From the NCBI GenBank assembly GCA_010093605.1, contig MU004193.1, positions 124,001 through 188,000 of the forward strand: 64,000 nucleotides of DNA, in the 5' to 3' direction. This document shows, one piece after another, positions 61,185 to 64,000 of this stretch (within the stretch, counting starts at the first letter, position 1; each line of letters starts with the position of its first letter). A program made the position numbers and the translations under genes. The notes below the pieces were generated by a model. It ran no database searches, had not been told where the DNA came from, and saw nothing but the letters and a program-made list of their open reading frames with translations. The stretch comes from Lophium mytilinum (lineage: Eukaryota).

Positions 61185-62096
61185 CTAGACATACTCAATA
61201 CATATACGTGATATCTCGACGTGAGTCTTCATCCCCTGGTTCTTGAATCCTCGCTCCAAACATCCCATCAAACCCGCCACCATGTCTTCTGCACGAAGTA
61301 TGCCTGGCGTGGTTCTCATGCCTGCCCGTTCAAGAAAAGAACCCCGGTACCGGCATATCAGATCTACGTGGTCTAGTCTCTTGCAGTCGAACATCTTGCT
61401 CAGCTGCAGTTCCTCAAAAACCTCCTCTAGCGGCATAGCTACAAGCCGAGCTTCTAGCACAAAGACCGGACTGATGGCGCGGAGATTGGGGAGACGAGCG
61501 GCGAAGTGGAGGATCTCTTGGATAGTATTGTGCTGTTTCCCGAATATGTCTCCGATATGAAGATTACGCAATGCGGCGAGACCTTCATCGCCCAAGTATT
61601 CAATCCACTTCATGAAAGGGACTGCACTTAAAACAACGAATATTCTTGAGCGGATATAGCAGGCTGCGGCCTCGGTTCGTAGTTGCTTGTTGACGTTGCA
61701 GATTTGAGGGAGGAAGCTGGGCTGGAAGGACCCGGGGGAGAAATCTTGGCTAAGGACGTAGTCGGTGTAGTCACTGACGCCAATATTTCCCGGCTCGACA
61801 ACGTAAGAGTAGATTTCTTCGCGAAGTTCGCGAGGTAGACGGAGAAGAGGAGACTAGATGCACGATCTTAGTACTCCTGATGAGACATACGACGAGGGTT
61901 CAAACACCGTCATTGGCCCGGACTTTGCTCCTTCGGGGGTGTCGTTGGAGATCGCGCCGTTTGCACCTCCGACCTTTACTCCAGTCGCGCGTGGAGTACT
62001 GTGGATTGTGGATGTACCAACTGCCGTGGTCGTGTTGATACCTAGTGAAGGATATGCTGCTGGTGGCGCTGCCATGATGGAGTAGATTTCGGGCAT
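61185..62096 (-). CDS. F-box-like family paralog 4, 1 intron
   Basis: LLRLPRELREEIY...LPQICNVNKQL...WIEYLGDEGLAALRNL...MFDCKRL...LERGFKNQGMKT. Confidence 0.78.
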
Positions 62097-62602
62097 CGGC
62101 TGCTGTGAGAGGTATGGGGCTGAGAGGCGGGTGGGTGGCCGGGGTGGATCTACTTATAATCGAATAAAGAAATTAATCACGTGAGCAGAGCTTGATCTAA
62201 TGATCCACTCTTGCAATCGAAATTTCGGTTAAAATCCTGTCCTCCGGAACGCACCTCTGGGTACGGTCTTTCATAGCGATATCTCCTACTGACTGGTGTC
62301 GATCTTGCTGAGCACCGTTTAGAAAGACACAGCTCCAGTAAGTCCTACACATCAAAGCGTGAGTGTGGTGACAATGTCTCGAACATCAACTCCTTTCTGA
62401 ACATTAACTCTCGATCAACATGTCACGAGGCCCGTTGTCAAGCATTTTTCATGCTCTCACGAGTCTGGCTGTAGTTTCAAATACCATATACCATTCTGCC
62501 AACCATCTAAATGATACCATGGCTCTCAAGCGCGCCCACAGCTTCGAGCTATTAGAGCCTTTCCACTCAAAGAGCTTATTCAAGCGCAGCAATCCATCCC
62601 CC

Positions 62603-63025
62603 TCAACCCAACCCAACCAACAACCCCCCCACCACGCCCACCACCGGCGCGTACCCCCAATGCCCCCACTTGCCTCCCCCAGGGTGGGAATTCCTCGCCT
62701 CAAACCCCCTCACAACCCACCCATCCACCCCCGCCACCGCGCCCGCAGCGACCAGAATCCACCCCAGCGCTTTTCCGCGCGCAGCAGCGAGGATCGCGAC
62801 GCCCATGAAAACATCACGCGCGCCATAGATAACCAAGAGCGCGTCGAGGAGGTCAAGAACCTCTTTCGAAGCAGGTGCGGCAGAAGAGGTCGGCAGCGCG
62901 GGGTCCGGGAACGGGAAGAAAGTAAGCGAGTGCCGGGGGCGCAGCATGGCGTTTAGGCCGAAGGCGATGAAGAGGGGGCCGAAGAGGAGGGAGGTTGCGC
63001 GGAGGGTGGTGCGGAGAGAGGGCAT
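62603..63025 (-). CDS. Small membrane protein, DUF4267-like
   Basis: FGLNAMLRP, IYGARDVFMG, VAGVDGWVV, WGHWGYAP; four hydrophobic segments. Confidence 0.8.
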   Translation of the reverse strand: MPSLRTTLRATSLLFGPLFIAFGLNAMLRPRHSLTFFPFPDPALPTSSAAPASKEVLDLLDALLVIYGARDVFMGVAILAAARGKALGWILVAAGAVAGVDGWVVRGFEARNSHPGGGKWGHWGYAPVVGVVGGLLVGLG

Positions 63026-63708
63026 TTTTGGAGGGGTGGGTTTGAGGAGTTGTGTTATGTGGGCTTTTGGAAGGCGTGAGGTTGAGTGAGGTTTGGGTGG
63101 TCTTGATTGGGTTGAGGAGGATGCTTGGGGTTGAGATGGGGTTGGGAACTGGATGGGTGTTTATGTATTGAGAGTTGATGAGATTCGGGGTCCGCGGTCG
63201 CCGGGGCTGTCCGAGCGTCGCGGGAGCTGATTGGTTCGTTGGGTTTGAGGCTGGCGGAGGATGGAGTGGCGTTTAGGCAACAAGGGGAATTTTACTGTGG
63301 TAGCTAGGTGCGGAGTGATTGTGAGTCATCGGAGGGGAGTGTCGTAGTTTGCCTGGATTCTTGAGAGGTTCTTGAGAAGGACTGCTTGGATCGGTTCAAA
63401 CTATACTCGTTTAGCTTTTTGTTCGAGGATACATTATTTCATGCATTGATAAGGGGAAGAAACGGATAGGAATAGAAATGAATAATATGACGCGTCTTTG
63501 GGTGGACGGGTGAAGAGAAACCTTTACATCATCTATGTTATTTAATCCGAACAGCTTGAATAGTTTGCAGTGCAATTTACCAAGCAGCACACCGCAAGAC
63601 TACCCACAAAGACAACTTCCAGCGAATACTCCCCTGACTTTCCGTCCATCAATTCCATGGAACCCGGTCCATGCGTTTCGTTCACAAGCTCCATCTCTCA
63701 CCTGAACC

Positions 63709-64000
63709 TCACATCAACAACCCCACCAACACCGCAACACCGAGCGCAGTAGCTCCATACCCAGCCGCCGTCCTCCCTCCGGCAGCAGCCCCTTGAAAAG
63801 CTACAGTCGTCGAATTCTGCACCTCCGGCACAACCGTAAACCAATCCGCCGCCACCGGCCCTCCCAATCCAGCCGCCGCCGCAAACCTCCCAACGTCGAA
63901 AACAGTCCGGTTACTCGCCAGCCCCTCACCCTTCCCATACCCCTCCCAGCCCTTCGGCATCGCGAAAGGCGCCGATGAGGAAGGTTGCGAAAACGCAAGA
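63709..64000 (-). CDS. 3' end of a PEBP-like protein with a hydrophobic, GPI-like tail (truncated by the window edge)
   Basis: RTVFDVGRFAAAAGLGGPVAADWFTV followed by a small-residue spacer and ALGVAVLVGLLM*. Confidence 0.6.
   Translation of the reverse strand, partial: LAFSQPSSSAPFAMPKGWEGYGKGEGLASNRTVFDVGRFAAAAGLGGPVAADWFTVVPEVQNSTTVAFQGAAAGGRTAAGYGATALGVAVLVGLLM

Overview
Intron-rich genomic DNA from a filamentous ascomycete (GT-AG introns with CTRAC/CTAAT branch sites and clear RIP signatures). About 30 genes or pseudogenes are recognisable. Left part: YAF9, a COQ11-like epimerase, an EthD protein, a Gfo/Idh/MocA oxidoreductase, a RING protein, a RIP-destroyed pogo/Fot1 transposon with intact TIRs, and a protein kinase-HET fusion. 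Middle: two MFS transporters, two FAD monooxygenases and a Zn2Cys6 factor. At 38.8-51.8 kb is a backbone-less 7-gene oxidative cluster (two PatH/PatI-like P450s, two SDRs, a sugar-porter MFS, a bacterial-type membrane protein and an alpha-beta barrel protein) whose promoters share a CCCCTCRTTT motif. The right end holds a local family of F-box-like paralogs. Most notable: (1) an apparent U2-type AT-AC intron needed to build the heme motif of one P450, at the position where its paralog has a GT-AG intron; (2) a fold-back MITE family with CAC...GTG ends and a 5-bp TSD (Transib-like signature), found in two introns and one promoter, plus a second intronic MITE; (3) the backbone-less cluster. All gene models were read by eye and no database searches were run.
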